Origin: an uncultured Lachnospiraceae bacterium
Lineage (GTDB): Bacteria; Bacillota; Clostridia; Christensenellales; UBA1242
Direction of reading: 5' to 3'
DNA: 64,000 nucleotides
Assembly: GCA_964437615.1 (NCBI GenBank)
Contig: CAYTHL010000002.1
Span: 62 to 64,061 of the forward strand
Shown here: piece after piece, positions 38,466 through 48,600 of the stretch
How positions within the stretch are numbered: position 1 is the stretch's first letter
Layout: the number at the start of each line of letters is the position of its first letter
The notes under the pieces: model-generated
The model's database searches: none
Told to the model about the DNA's origin: nothing
The model's input: the letters and a program-made list of their open reading frames with translations, nothing else
Made by a program: the position numbers and the translations under genes

Positions 38466-38770
38466 CCCTTACCCTCCATAAGTTGCTTTATTAATTTATT
38501 TTTAAGCTCCAAAAGTTGCTCATCTGTCATAGAAGATAGTTCGCCAGAACTTTTGCCCCGCATATCTAAAAGCATTTTTATTGCCAGCATGTCTGGCGCC
38601 ACAAAATGAGACGACACCTTTTTCTTTATTAGCGACAGCTTGGAGCCTTCGGCTGAGCTGCTCTCATCTTTTATTGGCACAAACTCTTCTACGGTTTCGG
38701 TGTAATAAAATCCCGCAGCCATTTTTATTAAAACATCTTCTATTTTTTTGTCTAGACTTTTGGTCTTCAT
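38462..38770 (-). CDS. Hypothetical protein, weak small-terminase-like C-terminal pattern
   Basis: 102 aa. HFVAPDMLAIKMLLDMRGK is reminiscent of the ..PPD..A.IFWLKNR.. segment of some TerS proteins. No SD. A -10-like TATATT lies 6 nt before the ATG. Confidence 0.35.
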   Translation of the reverse strand: MKTKSLDKKIEDVLIKMAAGFYYTETVEEFVPIKDESSSAEGSKLSLIKKKVSSHFVAPDMLAIKMLLDMRGKSSGELSSMTDEQLLELKNKLIKQLMEGKG

Positions 38771-38779
38771 GCCACAAAT

Positions 38780-38839
38780 ATATCAAACAAATTTTAAAAA
38801 AGAGCCAAACACTGACAGCATTTTTAAAATAATTTTTGC
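38780..38839 (-). promoter_or_regulatory. Cluster-specific promoter-like motif, site A
   Basis: Minus strand AAAAATTATTTTAAAAATGCTGTCAGTGTTTGGCT, 20 nt, TATATT, 6 nt, ATG (38770). The upstream 33 bp are ~94% identical to site B. Confidence 0.5.
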
Positions 38840-38932
38840 TAACAATAAAAACAAAAAATTCTGCTTAAATTGACAAATTTTGACCAATTTTTCATATTTT
38901 GCAAGCATATTTTGCAGTTTTTTAAAATTTGC

Positions 38933-40375
38933 TTAACTTTGCCAAAGACGATTTTGTTTAAGTTTTTTATATAGCCGCTCTTTATCTCTTGCAATAGGAG
39001 ACGACATAGGTTTAGTTGGAGCCTCTGGCCTACTCATTATGTAATATCTAAGTTCGTCTAGGCTATGGTCGTCGCGTTTAATTGGGTTTTCGCCCTCTCC
39101 CCAATAATAGTTTTTTATCTCCCTAATTAAGTTTGTACAGCAAGAAAAAATAAACAGTCTGCTTTGACCATCTACATTTCTAAAATAACTTTTTACTCTG
39201 TTTATGCCCGAAAATAAGTCTTTATTAACTCGCGGATTTGCCAAAATTCCATTGTCATAAAAAAGTTCGGTTACACTTTTGCTGCTAGCGAGCGTTCGCT
39301 GATTTGCCGCACTATCTATTAAAGCGCCATACATGCCGTTGCGCTCATGCTTCCAGTTAAGTTCGATGCATTTTTCTTTTATCTTGTTTGCGTGATAAAT
39401 TACATCTTTGCCCGCCGCAAAATGCTCGGCAACAACATACACATTGCCGTCATAGTCCACTGCATACCAATGCGCCGATAGCGGATTATTTAACCCCGGG
39501 TCGATTGAAATTGTATCTTGCCAATCTCTAGGTATATTAAACGGCTCTATAACATGCACAGATGGGTCGAACTCTTTATATACTAGCGAATTGTTTTTGT
39601 TTAAAAACTTGCCATAACGGCGCGCCTCCAATTCTTCCACACTCATTAAGCTTGTCATGCGCGCAATTTCTTCCTTGTTTAAAAACGGGTTGTCAGCCCA
39701 CTCCATAAATTGATAAAAAACCTGGTCATCTCCACTGGTGTTGAGATATATTTCGTCGTAAATATATGTAAGCCCTTTAAGCGGCGTCATTGTGCCAAAA
39801 ATATCTCCGCACCTGTCTAGTACACGCATTCGGCACTCAAAATAAATGTCTTGCGGAGGCTCTTCGTCAAACCAAACAAAATCTAGCGAGGCGCCTTGAA
39901 ACTTATCCCGACCTTCTTCACAGCTTTTAAAGTAAATTCTGCTTTGCCCGCCAAAGACGTTTTTAATAACAATACACTCTATAACGCCATATTCTGGAGC
40001 ATCCTTTTTGCCCGTCTTCATTACAATGTCTTCTACCCAATTTCGGTTTAGATATTTTAAAATTTTGTCTTGTGCAACTTCCTTTTGAACCCTTGTAGAC
40101 AAACTTACAACCCAGCCTACCACATTTGGCTTATTTTGTCTGAACGGATGATTACCACGCGCTAGCCAAATTGCCTCTACGGCGCCACACTCGGTTTTGC
40201 CACTTCGGTTGCCGCCAAAAACCCACCTGTTGCGCTTTTGGCACTTATGAAATAGAAGCTGTTTATTATGCACAATTGGCCCAGCATTGTAGCAAGCTAG
40301 CGCGTTATAGTTGCGGCGCTCCAGTTCGTCTAATATTTGCATAACTTTTTTTACAGCATTTAATTCTTCGGACAT
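38933..40375 (-). CDS. terL: Terminase large subunit
   Basis: Walker A FGGNRSGKTECG, Walker B LDFVWFDEEP, and nuclease-domain TISIDPGLNNP. The track start at 40405 is a TTG. The ATG at 40375 has an AAGGGA SD. Confidence 0.85.
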   Translation of the reverse strand: MSEELNAVKKVMQILDELERRNYNALACYNAGPIVHNKQLLFHKCQKRNRWVFGGNRSGKTECGAVEAIWLARGNHPFRQNKPNVVGWVVSLSTRVQKEVAQDKILKYLNRNWVEDIVMKTGKKDAPEYGVIECIVIKNVFGGQSRIYFKSCEEGRDKFQGASLDFVWFDEEPPQDIYFECRMRVLDRCGDIFGTMTPLKGLTYIYDEIYLNTSGDDQVFYQFMEWADNPFLNKEEIARMTSLMSVEELEARRYGKFLNKNNSLVYKEFDPSVHVIEPFNIPRDWQDTISIDPGLNNPLSAHWYAVDYDGNVYVVAEHFAAGKDVIYHANKIKEKCIELNWKHERNGMYGALIDSAANQRTLASSKSVTELFYDNGILANPRVNKDLFSGINRVKSYFRNVDGQSRLFIFSCCTNLIREIKNYYWGEGENPIKRDDHSLDELRYYIMSRPEAPTKPMSSPIARDKERLYKKLKQNRLWQS

Positions 40376-40501
40376 ATTTGTTCCCTTGTGTTTTATTTTT
40401 TGCAAAAATAATCAAATTTACGTCAATATTAGTCAGTTTTACATAAAATTTTTATACTTTTTTCTATATTTTTACTTACTTTATTATGCTAAAATGCAGT
40501 T

Positions 40502-41494
40502 ATGAAAAGAAAATTCGCTAAATTTAAGTCAATTTTTGTAGAAATTACTGCATTTTTTGTTATTTTTTGTTGTCTTTTTGCCTATTTTAGCCCATTTTCT
40601 GCCAAAAATGACAAAAATGAAACAAATGCGGCAGAAAACAAACTTGTATATGCCAAGGCTAAAGAAAACTGCATACTTTATAAATCATCAAACCTAGAAA
40701 ATAACTTGACTAATGAGTATTTTGATATTCCGCTAAGTTATTTTGTTACCATTTTGGCCACCGTAAGTGACACCGTTTATAAAGTAAGTTATAAGGAATT
40801 TGTGGGTTACTGCAGCGCAGACAACTTAACAATTGTAAGTTTTACTCCTAGCACCTCGACTTTAGAAAATATTACTTTTGACATATGCTCTGATGCTGGA
40901 ACTCAAATTTGGAGCTTACCTAGTGACCAATCTGGAAACAAGTTAACTACTGTTCCTGCAGACACGCTTTGTTTAGAATATATTGCAAGTATCACGGGCG
41001 AAATACCCAGTGGTGGTACCACCAATCTTTGGTATTACGCTAGGTATACCCCAGCAAGTTTCAGCACCAAAGTTTACGAGGGATATATTTATAGTGAGGC
41101 TGCAACCAACTTAACCCATATACCAACCAATTTGGAGCAAGAAAATGAAGAAGTAACGGCGCCACCCATTGATGGAACAATAACACTAAACACCACGCTT
41201 AGAATTATATTGCTTTGTTTAATCTGCCTGCCATTTTTGATACTATTTATTATTACTGTAATAAAAAGTAGACGCAGCTTTGCTCATAAAAAACAGGCTA
41301 AACAGCAAGAAAGCAAAGCAAGCGCAAAAGTTGTTACTTTGCCACAAACTAGCGCAAAAAAGCCAAATTTAGATAGTCTTGCAAAGCGCCAATTTGTAAA
41401 AAAACCTAAACCCACAGAGCCAGTTATGGACGACGACTCTATAGAGATTGTCTTTCCCGATTATAGTTTTGTGGATGATGACGACCTATTGTAA
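40502..41494 (+). CDS. Bitopic membrane protein with two SH3b-like repeats (opposite strand to the cluster)
   Basis: 330 aa. N-terminal signal anchor and two ~70-aa segments resembling bacterial SH3 domains (...ILYKSS...YKVSYKEFVGYCSADNL; ...WYYARY...YEGYIYSEAATNL). C-terminal TM, then a K-rich tail ending in an acidic stretch. Extended -10 TGCTAAAAT lies 6 nt before the ATG, and there is no SD. Confidence 0.5.
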   Translation: MKRKFAKFKSIFVEITAFFVIFCCLFAYFSPFSAKNDKNETNAAENKLVYAKAKENCILYKSSNLENNLTNEYFDIPLSYFVTILATVSDTVYKVSYKEFVGYCSADNLTIVSFTPSTSTLENITFDICSDAGTQIWSLPSDQSGNKLTTVPADTLCLEYIASITGEIPSGGTTNLWYYARYTPASFSTKVYEGYIYSEAATNLTHIPTNLEQENEEVTAPPIDGTITLNTTLRIILLCLICLPFLILFIITVIKSRRSFAHKKQAKQQESKASAKVVTLPQTSAKKPNLDSLAKRQFVKKPKPTEPVMDDDSIEIVFPDYSFVDDDDLL

Positions 41495-41533
41495 AAAATG
41501 AATAGCCCTTAGCAAATTTAAAATTTTTTCCTT

Positions 41534-42169
41534 TTATTTACAGCATTTGGTTGCATTTGCAATTAGGTTTTTGTAATTTTGCTTGCAGTGTTCCAGCATC
41601 CAACCCTCGCGTTCCATTTGACACAGCAAAAATTCTATACTCCAATTGCTAGTTTTACAAAAATCCAAAAGTTGCAAAAGAGCATCGTTTGCCCACCTAA
41701 AAACGGTGCGCTCGTCAACATCAAATTCTTCTGAAAGATAGCTTGTTCTTTTATGTTTATAAAATTTTAACTTAACCACCTCTTGCAATTTGTGCGGCAG
41801 GCTTGCAACCATAGTATCTATTAGACAATACAAATTAATTAGGCTAACTTTGCGGTCGGATAAATCTATAACCGACTGCATTTGGCTATACGTTCCGCCA
41901 GATAAATCTCCAAAAATAAACGAACCGTCTAGCGGACTGCTGGCTTTTTGCGCAATAATAGTGTCTACCACCTTTATTATGTTTGGCAAATTGTCATGAA
42001 CATTTAGCAGCGTTTTAATTATTGCCAAATGCTTTATTTGCAGGGTAGTTAAATCTTTTAAATTTTTACAAATTTTGCTATTTTTTGCAGTTTTTACGCT
42101 GTTTTTCACAAAATATTCTCCGTTTTTGCAGTTTTTTGCTATACTATTTTTTGTTAATTTTTGTATCAT
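41534..42169 (-). CDS. Sigma-70 region-4-like / phage late-transcription regulator candidate
   Basis: 211 aa. LPHKLQEVVKLKFYKHKRTSYLSEEFDVDERTVFRWANDALLQLL resembles a sigma region 4 / ArpU-RinA-type HTH. Strong AAGGAGA SD. First gene of the cluster. Confidence 0.45.
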   Translation of the reverse strand: MIQKLTKNSIAKNCKNGEYFVKNSVKTAKNSKICKNLKDLTTLQIKHLAIIKTLLNVHDNLPNIIKVVDTIIAQKASSPLDGSFIFGDLSGGTYSQMQSVIDLSDRKVSLINLYCLIDTMVASLPHKLQEVVKLKFYKHKRTSYLSEEFDVDERTVFRWANDALLQLLDFCKTSNWSIEFLLCQMEREGWMLEHCKQNYKNLIANATKCCK

Positions 42170-42248
42170 TTTGTCTCCTTTTTAATTTGTCATATTTTGT
42201 CGCTTTTTGTCAAGTTGGGGCGCGTTTATATTGCCTTGTTACACCCCT

Positions 42249-42310
42249 ATAATAAACCCAAATAAAATTGCTTGGGTCAAACACTGACACAATTTTAAAA
42301 TAATTTTATT
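42249..42310 (-). promoter_or_regulatory. Cluster-specific promoter-like motif, site B
   Basis: Minus strand AAAATTATTTTAAAATTGTGTCAGTGTTTGACC, 20 nt, TATTAT, then a ~73-nt leader to the regulator ATG at 42169. Confidence 0.5.
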
Positions 42311-42340
42311 TGGCCTATTATTTTATTTTCGACAATGTGT

Positions 42341-42356
42341 TAGAACAAATGTTCTA
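42341..42356. promoter_or_regulatory. LexA (Cheo/SOS) box
   Basis: TAGAAC-AAAT-GTTCTA has perfect 6-bp palindromic arms and matches the Gram-positive GAAC-N4-GTTC consensus. It lies in the divergent spacer between the cluster regulator and the giant ORF. Confidence 0.6.
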
Positions 42357-42585
42357 TACAAAATTAGCACATAAAACTGGACACCGTTATGTCTAGTTTT
42401 AAATTTTTTTAAAAAATTTTTTTGAAAAAATGTAAACTAAACGGTAGTTTGCAGCAAAACAAACTGTTTGTAGCTAAGGCAAATAATTTACAAGGCAAAA
42501 TAAATTAAAAAACTTCAAAATAATCTACAAGATTTTTTTATCCATTATTTTTTTATAAAAAATAACAAAATGTGCTAAAATTGTT

Positions 42586-42613
42586 TTGAAATTTTGCCAA
42601 GGTATGTTAGAAT
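42586..42613 (+). promoter_or_regulatory. Candidate sigma-A promoter of the giant ORF
   Basis: TTGAAA (42586-42591), a 16-nt spacer, then extended -10 TGTTAGAAT (42605-42613), ~70 nt before the ATG at 42683. Confidence 0.4.
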
Positions 42614-42682
42614 GTTTTTATAATATTAGTATTATTATTTGGGCAAAAAACCAAACTAAAAATAAGCTAATTTGGGGGCATT

Positions 42683-45600
42683 ATGTTTAACAAAAACCGC
42701 AATCTAAAAAATAACAATTGTTCAGGCTTTAGCCAAGCAAACACATGCTGCACAAGTACTTTGGCAGAAAGTAAATGTGCTAGTATTGGCTTTGGCACAT
42801 GTAGCAATGTTGGCACTAGTAGCAAAAAAGCCAGCAAGGCAAAAACTGCAAGGTTTAAGCTGGGCAAGTGCTGCCTTATGTTTGCGGCCCTACTCTTTTG
42901 CGCCATTGGTCTAACTGCGTGCAGCTGGATATCACAGTCTACTAGTGCTGGCTCTACAGAATACGACTCTGACGGAAGATTGCGTATTGCTAGCACAAGT
43001 ATTCTTTTAGATAGCGAAGGCACCGACGGCTCGGTAACCGACACCACTGGCTCCTTTTATTGGCTAATGAGCTATTACATTAATAGTAGCAACTCTAATT
43101 TTACATACAGCAACATGATGGACCAATCGGGTTATACCACACTAATATATACAGATGCAGAAGGCAATAACTACCCTAGCAGTATGGTAGGATATTACAA
43201 CAGCGGCGAACGCGTAATTAGAGAATATACAAATTCTAATGGCGACACAGCATCTGGAACTATTACAATTAATAGCGCTGGATATTACTATATTGCTGCA
43301 GACCAGACGGGTGTTAAGGCCATTGCTGTATCTAACGATTATTATCTGAAGGATATAGGGCTAGTTGCCGCCAATGGCCAAAATTTAGGCTCTAATGGAC
43401 AAATTCCTGAAAAAAATAGTATTAGCATTGTCTACCCATACTACAATGTGACAATAGACGGCATAATCACTCAAATTAAAGTTGCGGTGGAATATTCTGC
43501 ACTAAAAATAGACCTAGCTAGCGACCCAAGCAGCAGCCAAGCCAAAATCAACCCGTTAACTCTTGCAACCGACCAAAATAGCAACACTGCCGACATAAAC
43601 GATGTATTTACATTTTCTTACAGGTCTGGCACATCTGGAGATTGGACAGAATGCACTTCGGGCATGGCTAGCGCCTTTGTGGGCGAAGATGGCGGATTTT
43701 ACCTTAGGTTTAACCCAAATTTAAACAAGGGGTCTACCACCCGCTCTATTAGGCTGCAATCTATAACCAAAGAGAATGCAAACAGCGACGCCAACGCAAA
43801 CCGCGGCAACTCTACCATAAACTCGCCGGTATCTTTTAGCACCTACAAGCTTACTTTTACATCTAATGTAACTAACTCTAGCACAGCTACATTTGAGTCT
43901 TTAAGTTACGATGAAGACCAATACTATTTTGCTGAAAAAACCAGTGCCATTAACACTGGCATTTTGGGTGCTAGCACAAAAAATCCTAACGGCATAAACT
44001 ACTACACCACTCTAACCGGATATTTTGTTAGCGGCAGAGTTGTAGATGTAAGCAAATATGTTGTTGCAACATCAACAACTAAAGACGGCGTAACCGACTA
44101 CAGCTACACGGGCGACTATGCTCTGCAACCTTGGACGCTTAACGGCAAAGCCGAATATTCTACTATCTACAAGCAAAGTTTGCCACTGCTTAGCGAAAGT
44201 AACCCAATAGCTTTTGATAGTTCATTGTATATAGAAAATGACAAAAACTGCGTTTCTTACACGGCGCTTAGTTTGGGCGTTGGGCAGTCTATTTTGTATG
44301 AAGATTACCCAACTATTTACACTTACCTTTCTACCACAACTAACCCTTATGCCGAAACAATTGACAGTTTTACCCTTAACCCTTCGGCTACGGGCAGCGA
44401 CACAACCGGCACAACTTACTTTGTTTACAAAGACACGCTTAGTGTGGTGGCATGTTCTTTGGTTGCGTCTGGAACCTTTTATGGCAACATTGCTAAGGTT
44501 AAAAACTTTGTTTCTAGCGGCACAATTTACGACGGCGACAAAATGTTTTCTTCTGGCAACACGGCAAGGCTAGACGGCTACTATATTTATGTCTATCAGC
44601 TGGCCCAAGACTCTACACTGGCCGATATAGATATTGGCAAAGATAATTTGCTTATTTACTATAAACCAAACTCTACAACGGGTACACCAACAGCCAACTA
44701 CAACGCCTATAAAGAAATTTATGGCGACATAATTTTATCTGATAACACTTGGACAAACGGATATTTTAGCCTAAGCAATTTGGCATACAACTGCTATGTT
44801 GTATTTATGAAAGAAGACACGGTTACTGACGAAACAGACAAAACAAGCGAAAGTTTTTACACCTTCTATTCGGCCAGCATGACCAAGATAACTGAAGAAA
44901 CCTACGGGTTGCAGCCACTAAAGAGCTACCTATTGTATTCTGACCGCACTGGCAACGCCGTAATTGCTACCATTTATGACGCTGCAAGCAAAGTTCAAGT
45001 TAATATTTATGTAATAAACTCTACAAATTCCAGTGTTATTACAGATATTGACGACACTCAAATTTCTTACCAAGTACTTAGCACAACCACTACAGCCACA
45101 GACGCTTTTGGCTACACAACTTCTACTGTAATTATATCCTTGCTTTTGCAGAGCAACACCACTTTGGTTGGATACAATGTAGAAACAGTAAATAGTATTG
45201 GTCAAGTTAAATATGAAGCACAAAAATCAGACGCAAACTACGACTACATTTTGCTAGATATTGGCTACAATAGCAACACCACAACCTATGGCGACTATAT
45301 TTACACCTACTATGGCGTAACAGAGACAACGGTTGTAAAAGATGTTTCTTCTGGCGGCACTCTTAACTGCTTGATGTACAATGACGAATATTATCAGTAT
45401 ACAAAGAAAGACTCTGATTCTAGCGGCGTAAATTACTATTACGAATGTCTAAATAACACTGAGAACTCTTCTAAAACGCTAGTTAAATCTGTATCTGCTA
45501 GCACTACCACCTATAAACTTTACACCTATACAAAACTAGAAAATGTAGCAACAACACAGACTACAACTGAGTCTACATCCGGAGATACTGTTACTGTTAG

Positions 45601-48600
45601 CTACATAATTACTTACAACGGTTATAACTACGGCGTAAACGGCAACACCAGCACTGCCAATAACATAGCAATTTCGGCTACGGCATACAAAGTTCCAGAG
45701 TTTAAATATACTATTAGTTCAGAAAATTCTGATAGCACTTTGGATATGTATGTTTACTACGATGTAGAGGCTTACTACAACAGTAGCACTAGAGAGTACG
45801 AATATTACTACACTGCTCCGCTTGGCAAACAAACTTATGACGAAACCGAATCTAAAATTGTAACTGTATGGTACAATAGCGAGTTTTATAGCAGCAACAT
45901 AAATAGCCTTATAGATAACGACATAGATGACCTTATAGATTACCAAGTTATGCTTGGCTCTGATATAATTAAGAAAATAAGTGGTAAAAAAAGTATTGTT
46001 TTTAATTCTGGCAAAGAAAACGAATATACAAGCAATTTTGACAAGGTAACAAACAGTGGCGTAAGTTTGCTTGCAGACCACTACTACTATGTTGGCAAAC
46101 TTGGGAATCCTGTAAATGTGCTAGTTTCTCAGTATATAAACACTGACGCAAGTTCTACCGAAGAATCAACAATTATGTACTATGATAATAGCACAGGCGA
46201 ATATGTTTACGAGCAAATTTATTCAGAGGTGGCTTCGTATAGTCATGTAATTTATGCCGTGCTTTATAATGACGCTTACTCTCAAAGCTACCAGTACTCA
46301 TTTGGTTATAATGCAGAAAATAAAGCACTTACAACCACCGACGAAAATAATGAAACTAGCTACTATTATAGTTCGGCCAACAGTAAAGGAGGCAGTAGTA
46401 TTACACTTTACTACCAATCAGGATTAAATTCTTCTTTTAGTACTCTAACCTTATCTATCACAGATACATCTACCACAGATACATCTGCCATAGATACAGA
46501 TGACACAGATACAGATGGCACAGATACAGATGAAACCAACAATTCTGAAAACATTGAAAACATAAAGAATTTTGTAAATCAAATACACAATAACTCTTTT
46601 GTATATAATGCAACAGTTGAACAAGTCACAGGCGCCGATTATTATTACTTAAAAAATTACGCTGGGCCACAATTTGGTTCAATATCCAGTACTATGCCAT
46701 CTATTATGTATACCAGCTACACCTATTATTTTTACTCTAGCGATGCAAGTGCCAATGGCAATGTAAATAGCTTTGCTATATTTATTGACCAAAACGGTGA
46801 CTATTATTACTATGCTAACGATACTATACAAGTTGAATCTGAGGATGAGGAGGGCAACATCTCATCAAACTTTTATTTAAAATTAATAAAGTTAAAACTA
46901 AACAGTGGTTATTATGGTGTTGAGGTAGTTGAGGTATCACACAACATATTTATACCAATTATTACAAGCGGTGGTAAATTTGTAACCAGTTTTACGCTGG
47001 GCAGCATAAATTACACAGCATATGTGTCTAGGCATTTCTATGCCATAGATGCTAACCAAACAAGTTTAAGTAGCGCAATACCATTGTACCAAGGTTTAAC
47101 TTCTGGCAGCAACACATACATACTAAGTTCTGATACACCTACGCTAAGCAACACTAATTACAATTATTACTACCTTGTTGGTGAAAGTGAAACAAAACAT
47201 TATGTTGTAAGCAAAACCGTAACGGCTGTTTTAGCAAACTCTACGGGTACAGTTGTTAGGCGTGCCGTTTTAGCCTCTAATACGGCGACGGATATAAACC
47301 TAATTGGAAAAATTATACAAAGCAGTGATACCTCCATTGTCTACCCTAGTTTTAACTACTACCTAGATATAGGCAGCTCTCAAATTTTGGTAGCCGATGC
47401 TTTTGATGACAGCGTTGAATACTTTACCGTAGACTACACCACCAAAGACTCGGTTGTAGAGGCTTTTCCGGGTGTAAAGCTGCTTGCTGGCGCCCCTTAT
47501 GCAAACCCTATATTCTATTTTCAGGTAAAGCACAAGGCTGACGAACAAGCCGTTGTAAACTTTGGCATAGAGGTTGCCAACGCTTACTATGTAGAAGTTT
47601 TAACAAATGCCGTAACTTCTACCACCACCAACCTAATTTACGATTTTGAAACAGTAAGCTTTAAAGACACCATAACCAACCTTACATCTAACGACTACAT
47701 AGACCAAATGTATTATGTTTTGCAAGCCGACACTCTTGATACTGTAGTTGCCTATACAAAGCAGGAAAACTTAACTGGGTCTTGCCCGACCATTGACTCG
47801 GAAGGCAGTGGTGAATACCATGTTTATGATGCAGCTGGAAAAGAGATTTATTGGTACCATTACCATGATGGCTTGGGCATAGAAACTCTCTATGATTGTG
47901 TCAATAAAGAATATATAGTAATAAGCAAAATTGCTGACTACATATTTTATCCAGATAGTGGCAACTATTTTTATGTAAATGTGTACAACACTAGCGGAAG
48001 AATAGAAACTGTATACCAATTTAGAAAGGGTACAAATGAAATTGAAGCCATTTACACCGAGTACTTATCTGGAAGTTATTTAACCATACAAAACATAAAG
48101 GTGTATGACGACGACAACTATGTTTATTCCACCAATTTAGTTGACGAAGACGGCAAGATTTTGGTTAACGACCAAGGCAGGTATACTCAGCAGCTTTACT
48201 ATATAGACCCTACTTTAGGAAAAATTGCGCCACTTATAATTTACAAGGAAAACGCCGACGGCTCTTTAGGAAGCATCAATCTTGTTATATGGGAAAGTTC
48301 GGCAACAGGTATAGAAAATGTCCCTACTTTTGACGCGCATTCTTACTATGTAACCCAAAGCGGAATTGTTATGCTAACATCCGACGGCGCCATAAACGAA
48401 ATTTGCGAAAAATTGGACAGTTTGTTTACTAGCGGAATTGGCTCTTCTATAACCAACTACGATTACAGCGAAGTTTTAATTGGCGGGCTAACCACAGCAT
48501 ACAGGGTAAATGCAAATGACCTTAACTCTATAAACACATTGTCTACAAACGCTAACGACTTGCAATCTTACTGGTGGGAAGACGCAATTAATATTTCTAA

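Larger units (their letters stand above)
26174..42360 (-). mobile_element. Phage-derived packaging/head/tail-fibre/holin cluster (podovirus-like gene content; defective prophage or domesticated particle)
   Basis: 16 co-oriented ORFs, several with overlapping stop/start codons (38462-38465, 38256-38266, 33929-33939, 33376, 27471-27474, 26592-26602). TerL, portal, scaffold and MCP are recognisable. I recognised no integrase, repressor, replication gene, tail tube, tape measure or lysin. The cluster is flanked by rnj-side core genes and the giant ORF. Confidence 0.7.

Noticed and set aside
38933-40405. Track N-termini taken at face value (e.g. TerL 40405, rpmE 2489, hup 11194, GDPD 11860, sigK 20566, helD 17195, rarA 18531).
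   Set aside because: The track appears to use the most upstream start, and at least one of these starts (TerL, 40405) is a TTG rather than an ATG. Downstream ATGs with good SDs and homology-consistent N-termini are preferred.
26165-42461. The 12-mer tttgcagcaaaa on both flanks of the phage-like cluster (26166 and 42450) as att sites.
   Set aside because: The same TTTTGCAG-type sequence recurs in many unrelated spacers (e.g. 13771). It is too short and too common to be a credible attachment-site pair.
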